Of a stretch of 64,000 nucleotides of DNA, positions 9,082 to 19,458 are shown one piece after another. The position numbers were made by a program, and so were the translations under genes. Positions within the stretch are counted from its first letter, which is position 1; every line of letters starts with the position of its first letter. This DNA comes from a bacterium (lineage in GTDB: Bacteria > UBA8248): assembly GCA_965204535.1 (NCBI GenBank), contig CBDBEV010000001.1, forward strand, positions 2,400,001-2,464,000, given 5' to 3'. The notes below the pieces were generated by a model. The model ran no database searches. It was not told the origin of the DNA and saw only the letters and a list, made by a program, of their open reading frames with translations.

Positions 9082-12000
9082 TCAAGGTGCCTCGAACCAG
9101 AAGCGACGGCGTTGGAACGGGTAGCCCGGCAGCGAAATCCGTCGCCTCTCTTCTCCGGCGAACAGCCCGGCGAAGTCGAGCGTGAGTCCTGCCTCATACG
9201 CCCGCGCAACCGCCTCGACAAACCCGGCACCACTCTCAGACGCCCGGTTCAGGCTCGAAAGCACCACCGGCGGCGCGGCGTCGTTTTCGCTCGCTCCTGC
9301 GTCGCCTGAAAGATCAGGCCAAGCCGAGAGCACCTGCGGGACGAACGCTGCATCCGGCCCGCTCTCCACGACGACCTCCACGCCCGATTCCGTGAGTGTC
9401 TTGGCGCATTCGTCCAGCGCTCCCGGTTCACGCGCCTGCTTGCGCCAATAGGCTCCATCGAGCGTCTCGCCCGAAGCGAGTACACGGCCCGTCACTCCAT
9501 TCACCAGCGTGAGCGAGGGCAACGCCGTCACAACGCCCTCGAGAGCCGTTTCCAGATCGTCCAAGGCCGCCTCCACTCCCTCTTCTCCCGAGATCGCCTC
9601 CATCAACGCGCCGCGCCGCGCCGCGAAACGCAAGCCCTCCTCCAGCGTGAACACATCCGCCGCATGCGCCGCCGCAACTTCTCCGGAACCTGCGCCGAAC
9701 ACCACGTTCGGCCGAATCCCGACACTCGCCCAAAGCGTTGTGAGCGCGCACCCGAGCGCAAAGACCGCTGGCTGCGACCACGCCGGATCGTCCAGATCTC
9801 CAGAGCGGCCGAACATCACATCCAGCAGCGAGGCGCCGCGCTCCACCCGGAGCACCTCGTCGCAGCGATCCAGAACCGCGCGCGCCACCGGCTCGCTCTC
9901 GTAGAGTTCTTCTCCCATCCCGACCCGGTGGCCGTCCTCTCCGGCGTAGGCGAAGGCCACCCTCGCCGCCACCTGCGGCTTCGGCAACTCGTCTGACTCC
10001 TCGATCGCTCTCAATCCTTCCCGCAACGACGCTGCGTCTTCGAAGACGACGCCCGCGCGGTGCGCGAAATGACTCCGCCCCACGGCCGCCGTCCAAGCCA
10101 TATCCGAAAGCAGCGGCTCTGCAGCCGCGCCCTCGGAGGAAAGCTCCCCGGCGGAATCATCCAGCCAGGAAAGATACCGCCCCGCCGACTCACGAAGCGC
10201 ATCGTCCGATTTTCCCGATAGCGGGAGCATCCGCGTCCGGCGCGGGCGCAACTCCTCCTCCGCCTGAGACTTCGGGACCGAATCCGGCAGTGTTACGGGG
10301 ACGGGCTGCGCGGAACCTGCGGGGGAACCCCGCCCGGTGTCTGTGGCTGAATCCCCCTCCGGCGCGCCGTAGCCTTCGATGAGGACGTGCGCGTTCGTCC
10401 CTGAAAGCGCAAAAGCGCTCACGCCCGCCCGGCGCGGACGATCGGATACGAGCGGCCAGGCCGTCGCTTCAGACGTCACCCGCAACGGAAGCGCGTCCCA
10501 ATCCATGTGCGGGTTCGGGTTTTCGAAATGCAGGTGTTTGGGAATCTTTCCGTGCTTCATTGCCAGCAACACCTTGATCAGGCCGGCGATTCCGGCCGCC
10601 GATTCCAGATGGCCGATGTTCGTCTTCACCGTGCCGAGCAGGAGAGGACGGTCCGGAGCGCGTCCTCGTCCGTACACCGCCGCCGCCGCGCGCACCTCGA
10701 TCGGGTCGCCCAGTTGCGACCCCGTCGCGTGTACTTCCAGATAATCCACCTCCGAGGGTGGGAAGCCGGACCGGGAAAGCGCATCCTCAAGCACCTGTTC
10801 CTGCGCCGTGCCGTTGGGCACCGTCAGCGCGGCGCTCGCGCCGTTCTGGTTCACCGCCGAACCCTGCACCAGACCCCAGATGCGGTCGCCGTCCGCTTCC
10901 GCGTCGCTCAGCCGCTTCATGACCACCATCCCGCAGCCTTCACCCCGCACGTAGCCGTCCGCGTCCGCATCGAAGGTCCGGCACCGACCGCTCGGCGACA
11001 ACATCCCGAACTCCGCCATGAATTTCGAAACCGGAGGCGAGAGCACCGCGTGCACGCCTCCGGCGAGCGCCAGGTCTACCTCGCCCTCCCGAAGGGCTGC
11101 GGCCGCCTGGTGAACCGCCACCAGCGACGATGCGCAGGTCATGTCCAGCGGCACCGCCGGTCCCATCAGGCCAAGAACGAAAGCGATCCGCCCGATGGCC
11201 ACGCTCGGGGCGTTGCCGATGTGGCTGTCATCCAGGCCGCCGGCCACGACGAGGTCGCGGTACTCGCTGACGCCCAATCCGACATACGCACCGGTGCGAG
11301 TACCCTTGAGCGGAGCGGGGTCGATGCCTGCGTCCTCGAGCGCCTGCCAAGTCGTCTCGAGCAATAGTCTTTGGCGCGGGTCCATCAAGCGCGCCTCGAT
11401 TGGCCTGATGCCGAAGAAACTCGCATCGAACTGGTCGATTCCTTCGATGAACCCGCCTTGCCGGTAGAAGTCTTTTTCGGCGGCCGGGTCGCCGGCGACG
11501 CCGCTCCAGGGGCCGGTATCCCGCCGCCCGTCCGTCACCGCGTCGCTGCCTGATTCGAGCAGACGCCAGAAGGCGGAAATATCCGGCGCGCCCGGGAAAC
11601 GGCACGCCATGCCGACGATAGCAATCTGCTCCTCCTCGCGCCGCGCCAGAGGCCGCCGCTCCGGCTCGGGTTGCGCCTGCGGGGCGGGTGCGGGCCCGAG
11701 GTCGCCGAGTTCTTCGGCCAGATGACGGGCGAGCACCGCGATGTCGGGATAGTCGAAAACCACCGTGTTCGGGGCCGTGTAGGCATCCGCAAACGCGCGG
11801 TTCAGCCGGTTTCGCAGTTCCACGGCCATGAGCGAGTCCATGCCAAGATCGAAAAATCCCACGGTGGGTTCGGGCGTGCCCGGCAGCCGCAGCACCGCCT
11901 TCAGTTCCTGCTGCAGGAACGAAACCAGCAAGCTCTCGCGCTCCGCCGCGGGCGTCTCCCCCAGACGGGCTATCAGGTTGTCCGCCAGTGCAGGGGAGTC

Positions 12001-15000
12001 GGCCTCTGCGTCTTGAGCGTCGGAAAGCAGGTCTTCGAAAAACGGGGGAATGTTATCCAGGGTCTTTTCGAATACAGACCAATCCCTCGCCAGAACCATG
12101 GAATTCGCGGCGTCCTCGCGGACCAGCCGGTCGAATGCCCTGAGTCCCTGCTGCGGTGTCATCCAGTCGATTCCGGTCGCCGTGATACTTTGGGAGATCC
12201 GCTCCCGCTGTTCCGCCGCTTCGCCGATTTCCGACCATGCGCCCCAGGCGATGGCCTGCCCCGGAAGTCCCATCGCGCGCCGGTGCGCGGCGAGTTGATC
12301 CAGGAACGCGTTGGCCGCCGAGTGGTTCGACTGGCCCGGATTGCCGAGCACGCCGGCCGCGCTCGAGAAGAGGACGAACATGTCCAGATCGCGATCCGCC
12401 GTCGCGCGGTGCAGATGCCACGCGCCCAGCACCTTCGGCCACAGCACCCCCTCGAACCGCTTCCAGCTCTGGTTCCCGAGCGCGCCGTCAGAAAGCACCC
12501 CCACGCTGTGGATCACGCCGCCCAAAGGCGGCAAATCCGCATCCATCCGCGCCAGCATTTCGTCCACCGCGTTCGGGTCCGTCACGTCCGCGAGTTCCAC
12601 CCGCACCGTGAATCCGCGCTTTCGCAACGATTCGACCGCTTCTTCGACCTCGGGGTCCGGGGGCCGCCGCCCATTGAGCACGATAGCTCCGGCCCCCCGG
12701 TCCGCCAGCCAATCGGCCACGGCGCACCCGATGCCGCCCAGACCGCCGGTGACGAGGTAGGTCCTGTCCTCTCGCAACCGCCCCCTGGTGAGTGGTGAGT
12801 TCGTAAAGACGATCTTCCCGATGTGGCGGCCGTCACGCATGAACTCGACGGCCTGCCGCGCCTCGGCCAGCGGCCACCTGGTGTGGATGAGCGGCGTCAG
12901 TTCTCCCGCCGTCAGCCGCGCCATGATGTCTTTGAGCAGCGCTCCCGGCCGCTCCGGCTCATCATCTTTCATGGCGTCGAGCTTCACGATGTGATAGGTC
13001 ACGTCCGGCCGTACGGCCGCCATCTCTTCTTCGCTCAGAATGTCGCGCGCCGCCAGTTCCACGAAACGGCCGCCTTGCGCCAGACACGACAGGCTCGCGT
13101 CGATGAAGCCCTCCGCTGTCAGGCTGTTCAAGATCAGGTCGACGCCTTCGCCGCCCGTGGCCTCGAATATCTCCTCCCCGAATTTCGTCTGGCGGCTGTC
13201 GAATACGTGCGCCACGCCCAGCGAGCGGAGATACGCCTGTTTCGGCGCGCTCGCCGTCGCGAACACTTCCGCTCCCGCCGCCTGCGCCAACTGGATGGCC
13301 GCGAGCCCCACGCCGCCCGCGCCTGCGTGAATCAGCACCCGGTCGCCGGCTTTCAGCTCCGCGAGTTCGTAAGAGAGTGCTGCGGACAAGAACACCGTCG
13401 GCATCGTGGCGAGCGCCGCGGCCGGCAAATCCGCCGGAGCGGGCGCCACCAACTCCTCATGCGTCACGGATTCCGGTCCGAACATGCCGCGCGTGCCGCG
13501 CTTCACGCCGACCACGCGGTCGCCCACCGAAACGCTCGATACCTCGGAGCCCACCTCGAGGATATGGCCGCACATCTCCGTGCCCAGGAATTTTTCGTCA
13601 ATCAGACCGAGCGCCGCGAACACGTCCCAGAAGTTGAGCCCCGCGGCCTCGACCGCCACGCGGACTTCTCTCGGCTCAAGCGGCGGCGACTCCGCCTGCA
13701 GCCCGCTGAGCGCGCCGTCTTCGTCGACCCCCAGCAGCCAGTTCGGGTCTTCGGGCAAGGTCAGCCGCTCCGCCCCCTTGCCGGCCCGGACCAGGCGGGC
13801 GACGCGGCGACGGCTGCCGCGGTGTACGATTTGGTTTTCCGTATCGGGGTAGAGTAGTTCATTGGCGAGATCCACCGGCGGCGCCATAGGTTCGGGGTCC
13901 AGATCGAGCATCTTCGGCTGCATTTGGGATGCTTCCCGGGCCAATGCCTTCCCGAAACCCCAGAGCGTCGCGCCGGCAAGCTCTCCGCCGCGTTCTCGCT
14001 CCAGCACCTGCGCGCCCCGCGTGAGGAACCAGAATCCCTTCCCGGGCGCTGCATCGGCGTCGGACATGGCTTGCGCCAGCGCCAATGCGCTCGCGCCCAC
14101 CCGCTTCACGTCCTCCGCCATCTCCGCCGTCGTCGCACCCGGCCCGTGGCCGTCAAGTGCGGCGAGATGCACGACGCCGCTGAGCGGCGGATCTTCGGGC
14201 AGACCCTCCAGCAGCGCTCCCCAGGATTCGCGGCTATCCATCTCAAGAGTCGTATGGATGACTCCGGGTTTTTCATCCGCCGGACCCCCGTCCGCCGAAC
14301 CCGCCTCGCTCGCGAGCACGACCGTCTGGTTGCGCGACGCCAATTTCTCCGCCAACTCCGCCGCCGCACCGCCACGGTCCGCCGCCAGAACCCACACGCC
14401 GGGACGCTCGGCCACCTCCTCGGGCAACTGCCCCAGTATTACGCCCCTGTCCGGCATCTCAACGGAGTCACCCCAGCCCAGCCCGAGAATCTCCACGCCC
14501 TCGAAACCCGCGGCATCGAGGGACTGCCGCCACACGTCCGGCCCCGCCAGGGCGTAGGTGGGGCGGCAATCGTCGGAGAACCGCCACCAGCCGTCCAGTT
14601 GTCCGAAAGTCATATCCAGCCAGTCCTGGCCGCAAAGGTTTTCGAGCGCCACGAGGTGCCCCGAGGGCGCGAGAAGGCTCCTGCAGTGCGTGAGCGTCTC
14701 CTCCAGGTAGCGCGTGGCGTGCAGCACGTTGGACGCAATCACCAAGTCATAGCCGTGGGAGTCGAAGCCCTGCTCCACCGGGTCTTTTTCGATGTCCAGC
14801 ACCCGGTATTCGATGCACCCGCCGCCGTCGCCGAACAGCCCCTCCGCCTGCGCGAAGAAGCCCGCCGAGATGTCCGTGTAGGTGTAGTCGAAACGCCCTT
14901 CAGGAAGTTCGGGCAGGACGGATTCGGTCGCCGACCCCGTACCCGCCCCGACTTCGATTACCCGCAGGCGCCGCCCTTCGGGCAAGCCGGCCACGAGAGT

Positions 15001-18000
15001 GCGCACCGCGTCTCTCAGCATCAGATTCGCTGCCCGCCACACCGGCGCCTTGAAGTAGAGGTCCGCGGCGCTGGGTTCTCCGCTGCCGAACAGAAGCGAG
15101 AGCGGATCCTCCTCGCCGCGAAGCACTTCCGCCAGGGCGCCCGCGCTTCTGCGGAACAGCCCGATCTCGTTCGAAGCATAAGCGTATCGCTCGATCACCC
15201 CGGCCGCGAACTCCTCGGGATCCCCCGGCATGCCTTCCGGCAAGGGCTCTCCGGCCCCTACAGCGACGAGGAAAACTTCGCCCTCCGACTTAAGAACGCC
15301 CACCCTCTCCAATAACTCGAGCATCCGGCGGAACAGTTGGCTGTGTTGATCTTGCACCCCCAGGCGCTCCCGCAAATCTTCCGAATCCACGGCCTCACCC
15401 GCCTTCCGCTCCCATCCGAGTTTCTCCAGGGCCGCGAGCGCAAAATGCCGCGCCATGCACGAGAGGTCCGCCAGCACGGCGGGCCTCATTTCGGCATCGA
15501 CTCCTTCCGCCGCCAGATAGCTGGAGAACGGCTCCCATCGCTCCGCGACCTCCACCGGACTCGGGAGGAAATCCGCAGGCTGTATTCCCGGCGGGAGGGC
15601 GCTATCTCGCCACACGACCTCGTATAGAAGATCGTCCAGCCCTTCCACCGCAGAGAGCAGAGCCGCCCGCGTTGCGCGCTTCAGCATAAACCCGCTCAAC
15701 TCGCCGATCAGCGCCCCGTTCTCGTCGTAGAGGAGAAAATCCGCGACGAAGACCTCAGACCCGCCGCCGGTTTCGGCGTCCGGTTCCTGGCTCTTCGGAG
15801 CCTCCCGCATGCGCACGTGGCAGAGAAGCCTGTCCGGCAGCTTCTCCGCCAGCCACAGCCGCTCCCAGCCGAACGGCAGGTAGGTGATCCCGTCCTCGGC
15901 CCCGCCCGGATTGCGCGCCGCCGCCATCACCTGAAAGCAGCCGTCGAGCAGGAGCGGGTGCACGTCGAGGGCGTTTTCGCCTAAAGCCTCAGGCCAGCAC
16001 ACCTCGCCCAGCGCTTCGCCCGCCCGGGACCAGACCGATCCCAGCGTACGGAACGAGGGGCCGAGATCGATCCCCACATTCGCCTTGGCGCGGTAATACG
16101 CCGGCACGTCCTCGGGCGACAGAGCGGCCTTCAGGCTTTCCAAATCCACCTGCTCCGAGGATTGCCGTCCGCCCGCTTCCGAGGGCGCGCGGCACTCCGC
16201 GTGCAGCGTCCAACCCTCCTCGGCCTCTCCTTTGCTGAATATCCGGACGAGGCGCCAGGGCTCCTCCCCCGGCGCCTCGAGCAGAACCTGCATTTCCCGC
16301 CCCTCGCCGCCGTTCTCTGAATTTTCTTCCGGGAAGATCAGTGCGTTGTGCAGTTGCACCTCCTCGACGAGCATCGCTCCGCCTCCCTCGGCGGTGGACG
16401 CCGATATCGCCATCGCCCCGTAGAGCGCGCCGGGCGCAATGACACGGCCGAATACCCGGTGGTCGTTCAGCCACGCCGGATCAGACGGCAGCACTTCGGT
16501 CTCGAAGGTGATTTCGCCGCCGGCGGACTCATGCCTCTCGCCCAAAAGCGGATGGCCTGTGCTCTGCCGCCGCCGCTTCGGCCCCTCGACCCAGTAGCGT
16601 TCGCGCTGGAACGGATAGCCAGGGAGCGAGATGCGGCGCCGGGTCTCTCCTGCGAACAATCCCTCGAAGGAAAGGTCGACTCCGGCTTCATAGGCCCCGG
16701 CCACCGCGCCCATGAAACCCGCTTCGAGCTCAGCCGCCGGTTTCTCCTCGTCTTGCGAGGGCCTTTGCAGGCTCGCCAAAACGAGAGGAGCCTCGACGTC
16801 CACTCCTACGGCATCCGCACCCTCATCCGGACCCGGCCAGGCGAGAGAAAGCATCGGGCCCAGCACCGCGTGCGGACCGACTTCCACTACTAGGTCGACG
16901 CCCAGGTTCGCCAGCGCGCGGACGCCGAGGTCGAACGCCACCGCCTCGCGGGCATGGCGGCGCCAGTACGCCCCGCCGAGTATCTCGTCCGGCTCCACGA
17001 CCCGGCCCGTCACGTTGCTTACCAGAGTCGTGAGCGAGGGCGACGCAATCTCGATTCGTTCAAAAAGTTCTTCCAGCGCATTCAGAGCCGGCTCCACCAG
17101 GGGGCTGTGGAACGCCTGGCTCGTGTGGATCGGCCTCACCCGGACTTCTTCCGATTCGAAGCGCTCCGAAACCGCCTCGACCGCGGAGACCTGGCCGCTC
17201 AGCACCTGGTGCGCCCCGTTTCTCGCCGCAATCGCAAGCCTCTCGCTCCCGGCCGCCTCGTTGTACGCAAGTACCGCCTCCTCAACTATCGAGAAGGGAG
17301 CGAAGACGGCCGCCATCGTCCCGGCTTCCGGGACCGACGAGAGTATTTCGCTCCGCCCCATGACGGCCCGCATCCCGTCTTCGAGCCCGAACACGCCCGC
17401 CGTATGCGCCGCCCCGAACTCCCCGACGCTGTGGCCCACCACCACGTCCGGGCGAACCCCCAAGCTCTCCCAGAGCGCCGTAACCGCACACTCGATCGCG
17501 TAGATGGCCGGCTGCGCCCAGACCGTGTCGTAGAGATTTCCCTCGCCTTGAGCGAACATCACGTCCAGAAGCGAGGCACCTCTCTCCGCGCGAAACGCTT
17601 CTTCGCAGCGATCGAGAACCACCCGCGCCACCGGTTCGCTCTCGTAAAGGTCCCGCCCCATGCCGACCCACTGGCCTCCCTGTCCGGTGAAGAGGAAAGC
17701 GACTTTCGTCGTTGTTCGCGCCTCCGGCGCTTCGCCGCCATCGGCCAGGGCGCTCAACCGTTCACGTAGCCGTGCGGCATCGTCGAAGGCAAGACCCGCG
17801 CGGTGCGTGAAATGACCCCGCCCGACGCAGGCCGTCCACGCCATATCCGAAAGCAACGGCTTTGAGGCGGCGCTTTGGGAAGCGAGTTCTTCGCCGCGCC
17901 CATCGAGCCAAGAGAGATACCGCCCGGCGAGGTCCCGAAGCGCGCCCTCCGACTTTCCTGAGAGCGGAAGAAGCCTTGTCTCGCGCTCGATGTGCCAGTC

Positions 18001-19458
18001 TTCCGACGACGGCTCGAGTGGTGACACGGTGATCGGCAGTGCGGAACCCACGGGTTCAACCATGGATCCGACGGCGGAATCCCCCTCCGATTCTTCGTAT
18101 CTTTCCACGATGACGTGCGCGTTCGTGCCCGACCACCCGAACCCGCTTACCCCCGCCCTCGGGGGATGATCGGGATGGCGCGGCCACTCCGTCGCCTCCG
18201 CCGTCACCTGCAGGGACATTCGCTCCCAGTCCACTGCCGGAGTGGGTTCCCGGAAATGGAGGTGTTTGGGAATCACCCCTTGTTTCAGGGCCAGCGCCGT
18301 CTTGATCACGCCTGCGACCCCCGCCGCAGACTCCAAGTGACCGATGTTCGTCTTCACCGAACCGATCAGGAGCGGGCGGTCCGCATCGCGGCCCTTGCCG
18401 TAAGCCGCCGCCGCCGCGTCCAGCTCGATAGGATCGCCCACCTCCGTTCCCGTTCCGTGCGCTTCGAGATAATCGACTTCATGGGGCCTGATTCCGGCGC
18501 GAGCGAGCGCATCCGCTATCACCCGCTCCTGCGCCGGGCCGCTCGGCACCGTCAGCCCCGGACTCGCGCCGTCCTGGTTGATGGCCGAACCGCGAATGAC
18601 GCTCCAGATGCGGTCGCCGTCCGCCTCCGCCTCTGCGAGCCGTTTGAGCGCCACGATTCCGCAGCCCTCGCCCCGCACGTAACCGTTCGCGGCGGCGTCG
18701 AAGGTCGCGCACCGCCCGTCGGGCGAGAGCATCCCGGCGTTGCCGCGCAACTCCAGCAGGCGGCCTGAGAGAATCGTGTGCACCCCTCCCGCCAGTGCCA
18801 GATCCGCCTCTCTGCGCTGCAGGCCCGCCACCGCCTGGTGGATCGCAACCAGCGATGAGGAGCAGGCGGTGTCCAGCGCGATCGCCGGCCCCTCGAATCC
18901 CAGCGCGAAGGCGACCCGTCCGACGGCCGTGTTGAATGAAGTACCGCTCACCGTATACAGGCTCGTGGCGGGTTCTGCGGTATCGCTGACGTCCATGATC
19001 AGGCTGCGGTATTCGTTGTTGCTGACTCCACCGTATACGCCGGTGCGGCTGCCCCTGAGCCGTTCCGGGTCCATCCCCGCATCCTCGAGCGCCTGCCAGC
19101 TCGTCTCCAGCATGAGCCGCTGCTGGGGGTCCAGGAGTTGGGCCTCGACCGGCGAAATGCGGAAAAACGCGGCGTCGAACCGGTCGATCTCATCCAGGTA
19201 GGCGCCGAAGCGGCAGGCCTGGCTCTGAATCTCGGCGTCGGGGAACAGCACGCCCACGCGCCCCACGCCCGAACCCGGAACGCCCTCGGTCACCGCGTTC
19301 TCACCGGCCTCGAGCAGACGCCAGAAAGCCGGGATGCCGACGGCATTGGGAAAGCGGCACGCCATGCCCACAATCGCTATGGGGTCTCCTCGCCGGGAAG
19401 CTTCTGGTGCCCCGGCGTCAGATCCCTCGGAAGGATCGAAATTTCCGTCCGCGTTCAT
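9082..19458 (-). CDS. supA: Type I PKS, SupA architecture: KS-AT-DH-cMT-ER-KR-ACP-KS-AT(degenerate)
   Basis: KS1 DTACSSS/HGTGT/GHLE; AT GHSVG, QAFHS; DH HPLLG..DHRVFGRVIAPG; MT EVGAGTG; ER LIHAGAGGVG; KR TGGLGGIG; ACP GMDSL; KS2 DMTCASS/HATGS; AT2 lacks GHSxG; start reassigned to MNADG after GGGAGA. Confidence 0.88.
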   Translation of the reverse strand: MNADGNFDPSEGSDAGAPEASRRGDPIAIVGMACRFPNAVGIPAFWRLLEAGENAVTEGVPGSGVGRVGVLFPDAEIQSQACRFGAYLDEIDRFDAAFFRISPVEAQLLDPQQRLMLETSWQALEDAGMDPERLRGSRTGVYGGVSNNEYRSLIMDVSDTAEPATSLYTVSGTSFNTAVGRVAFALGFEGPAIALDTACSSSLVAIHQAVAGLQRREADLALAGGVHTILSGRLLELRGNAGMLSPDGRCATFDAAANGYVRGEGCGIVALKRLAEAEADGDRIWSVIRGSAINQDGASPGLTVPSGPAQERVIADALARAGIRPHEVDYLEAHGTGTEVGDPIELDAAAAAYGKGRDADRPLLIGSVKTNIGHLESAAGVAGVIKTALALKQGVIPKHLHFREPTPAVDWERMSLQVTAEATEWPRHPDHPPRAGVSGFGWSGTNAHVIVERYEESEGDSAVGSMVEPVGSALPITVSPLEPSSEDWHIERETRLLPLSGKSEGALRDLAGRYLSWLDGRGEELASQSAASKPLLSDMAWTACVGRGHFTHRAGLAFDDAARLRERLSALADGGEAPEARTTTKVAFLFTGQGGQWVGMGRDLYESEPVARVVLDRCEEAFRAERGASLLDVMFAQGEGNLYDTVWAQPAIYAIECAVTALWESLGVRPDVVVGHSVGEFGAAHTAGVFGLEDGMRAVMGRSEILSSVPEAGTMAAVFAPFSIVEEAVLAYNEAAGSERLAIAARNGAHQVLSGQVSAVEAVSERFESEEVRVRPIHTSQAFHSPLVEPALNALEELFERIEIASPSLTTLVSNVTGRVVEPDEILGGAYWRRHAREAVAFDLGVRALANLGVDLVVEVGPHAVLGPMLSLAWPGPDEGADAVGVDVEAPLVLASLQRPSQDEEKPAAELEAGFMGAVAGAYEAGVDLSFEGLFAGETRRRISLPGYPFQRERYWVEGPKRRRQSTGHPLLGERHESAGGEITFETEVLPSDPAWLNDHRVFGRVIAPGALYGAMAISASTAEGGGAMLVEEVQLHNALIFPEENSENGGEGREMQVLLEAPGEEPWRLVRIFSKGEAEEGWTLHAECRAPSEAGGRQSSEQVDLESLKAALSPEDVPAYYRAKANVGIDLGPSFRTLGSVWSRAGEALGEVCWPEALGENALDVHPLLLDGCFQVMAAARNPGGAEDGITYLPFGWERLWLAEKLPDRLLCHVRMREAPKSQEPDAETGGGSEVFVADFLLYDENGALIGELSGFMLKRATRAALLSAVEGLDDLLYEVVWRDSALPPGIQPADFLPSPVEVAERWEPFSSYLAAEGVDAEMRPAVLADLSCMARHFALAALEKLGWERKAGEAVDSEDLRERLGVQDQHSQLFRRMLELLERVGVLKSEGEVFLVAVGAGEPLPEGMPGDPEEFAAGVIERYAYASNEIGLFRRSAGALAEVLRGEEDPLSLLFGSGEPSAADLYFKAPVWRAANLMLRDAVRTLVAGLPEGRRLRVIEVGAGTGSATESVLPELPEGRFDYTYTDISAGFFAQAEGLFGDGGGCIEYRVLDIEKDPVEQGFDSHGYDLVIASNVLHATRYLEETLTHCRSLLAPSGHLVALENLCGQDWLDMTFGQLDGWWRFSDDCRPTYALAGPDVWRQSLDAAGFEGVEILGLGWGDSVEMPDRGVILGQLPEEVAERPGVWVLAADRGGAAAELAEKLASRNQTVVLASEAGSADGGPADEKPGVIHTTLEMDSRESWGALLEGLPEDPPLSGVVHLAALDGHGPGATTAEMAEDVKRVGASALALAQAMSDADAAPGKGFWFLTRGAQVLERERGGELAGATLWGFGKALAREASQMQPKMLDLDPEPMAPPVDLANELLYPDTENQIVHRGSRRRVARLVRAGKGAERLTLPEDPNWLLGVDEDGALSGLQAESPPLEPREVRVAVEAAGLNFWDVFAALGLIDEKFLGTEMCGHILEVGSEVSSVSVGDRVVGVKRGTRGMFGPESVTHEELVAPAPADLPAAALATMPTVFLSAALSYELAELKAGDRVLIHAGAGGVGLAAIQLAQAAGAEVFATASAPKQAYLRSLGVAHVFDSRQTKFGEEIFEATGGEGVDLILNSLTAEGFIDASLSCLAQGGRFVELAARDILSEEEMAAVRPDVTYHIVKLDAMKDDEPERPGALLKDIMARLTAGELTPLIHTRWPLAEARQAVEFMRDGRHIGKIVFTNSPLTRGRLREDRTYLVTGGLGGIGCAVADWLADRGAGAIVLNGRRPPDPEVEEAVESLRKRGFTVRVELADVTDPNAVDEMLARMDADLPPLGGVIHSVGVLSDGALGNQSWKRFEGVLWPKVLGAWHLHRATADRDLDMFVLFSSAAGVLGNPGQSNHSAANAFLDQLAAHRRAMGLPGQAIAWGAWSEIGEAAEQRERISQSITATGIDWMTPQQGLRAFDRLVREDAANSMVLARDWSVFEKTLDNIPPFFEDLLSDAQDAEADSPALADNLIARLGETPAAERESLLVSFLQQELKAVLRLPGTPEPTVGFFDLGMDSLMAVELRNRLNRAFADAYTAPNTVVFDYPDIAVLARHLAEELGDLGPAPAPQAQPEPERRPLARREEEQIAIVGMACRFPGAPDISAFWRLLESGSDAVTDGRRDTGPWSGVAGDPAAEKDFYRQGGFIEGIDQFDASFFGIRPIEARLMDPRQRLLLETTWQALEDAGIDPAPLKGTRTGAYVGLGVSEYRDLVVAGGLDDSHIGNAPSVAIGRIAFVLGLMGPAVPLDMTCASSLVAVHQAAAALREGEVDLALAGGVHAVLSPPVSKFMAEFGMLSPSGRCRTFDADADGYVRGEGCGMVVMKRLSDAEADGDRIWGLVQGSAVNQNGASAALTVPNGTAQEQVLEDALSRSGFPPSEVDYLEVHATGSQLGDPIEVRAAAAVYGRGRAPDRPLLLGTVKTNIGHLESAAGIAGLIKVLLAMKHGKIPKHLHFENPNPHMDWDALPLRVTSEATAWPLVSDRPRRAGVSAFALSGTNAHVLIEGYGAPEGDSATDTGRGSPAGSAQPVPVTLPDSVPKSQAEEELRPRRTRMLPLSGKSDDALRESAGRYLSWLDDSAGELSSEGAAAEPLLSDMAWTAAVGRSHFAHRAGVVFEDAASLREGLRAIEESDELPKPQVAARVAFAYAGEDGHRVGMGEELYESEPVARAVLDRCDEVLRVERGASLLDVMFGRSGDLDDPAWSQPAVFALGCALTTLWASVGIRPNVVFGAGSGEVAAAHAADVFTLEEGLRFAARRGALMEAISGEEGVEAALDDLETALEGVVTALPSLTLVNGVTGRVLASGETLDGAYWRKQAREPGALDECAKTLTESGVEVVVESGPDAAFVPQVLSAWPDLSGDAGASENDAAPPVVLSSLNRASESGAGFVEAVARAYEAGLTLDFAGLFAGEERRRISLPGYPFQRRRFWFEAP

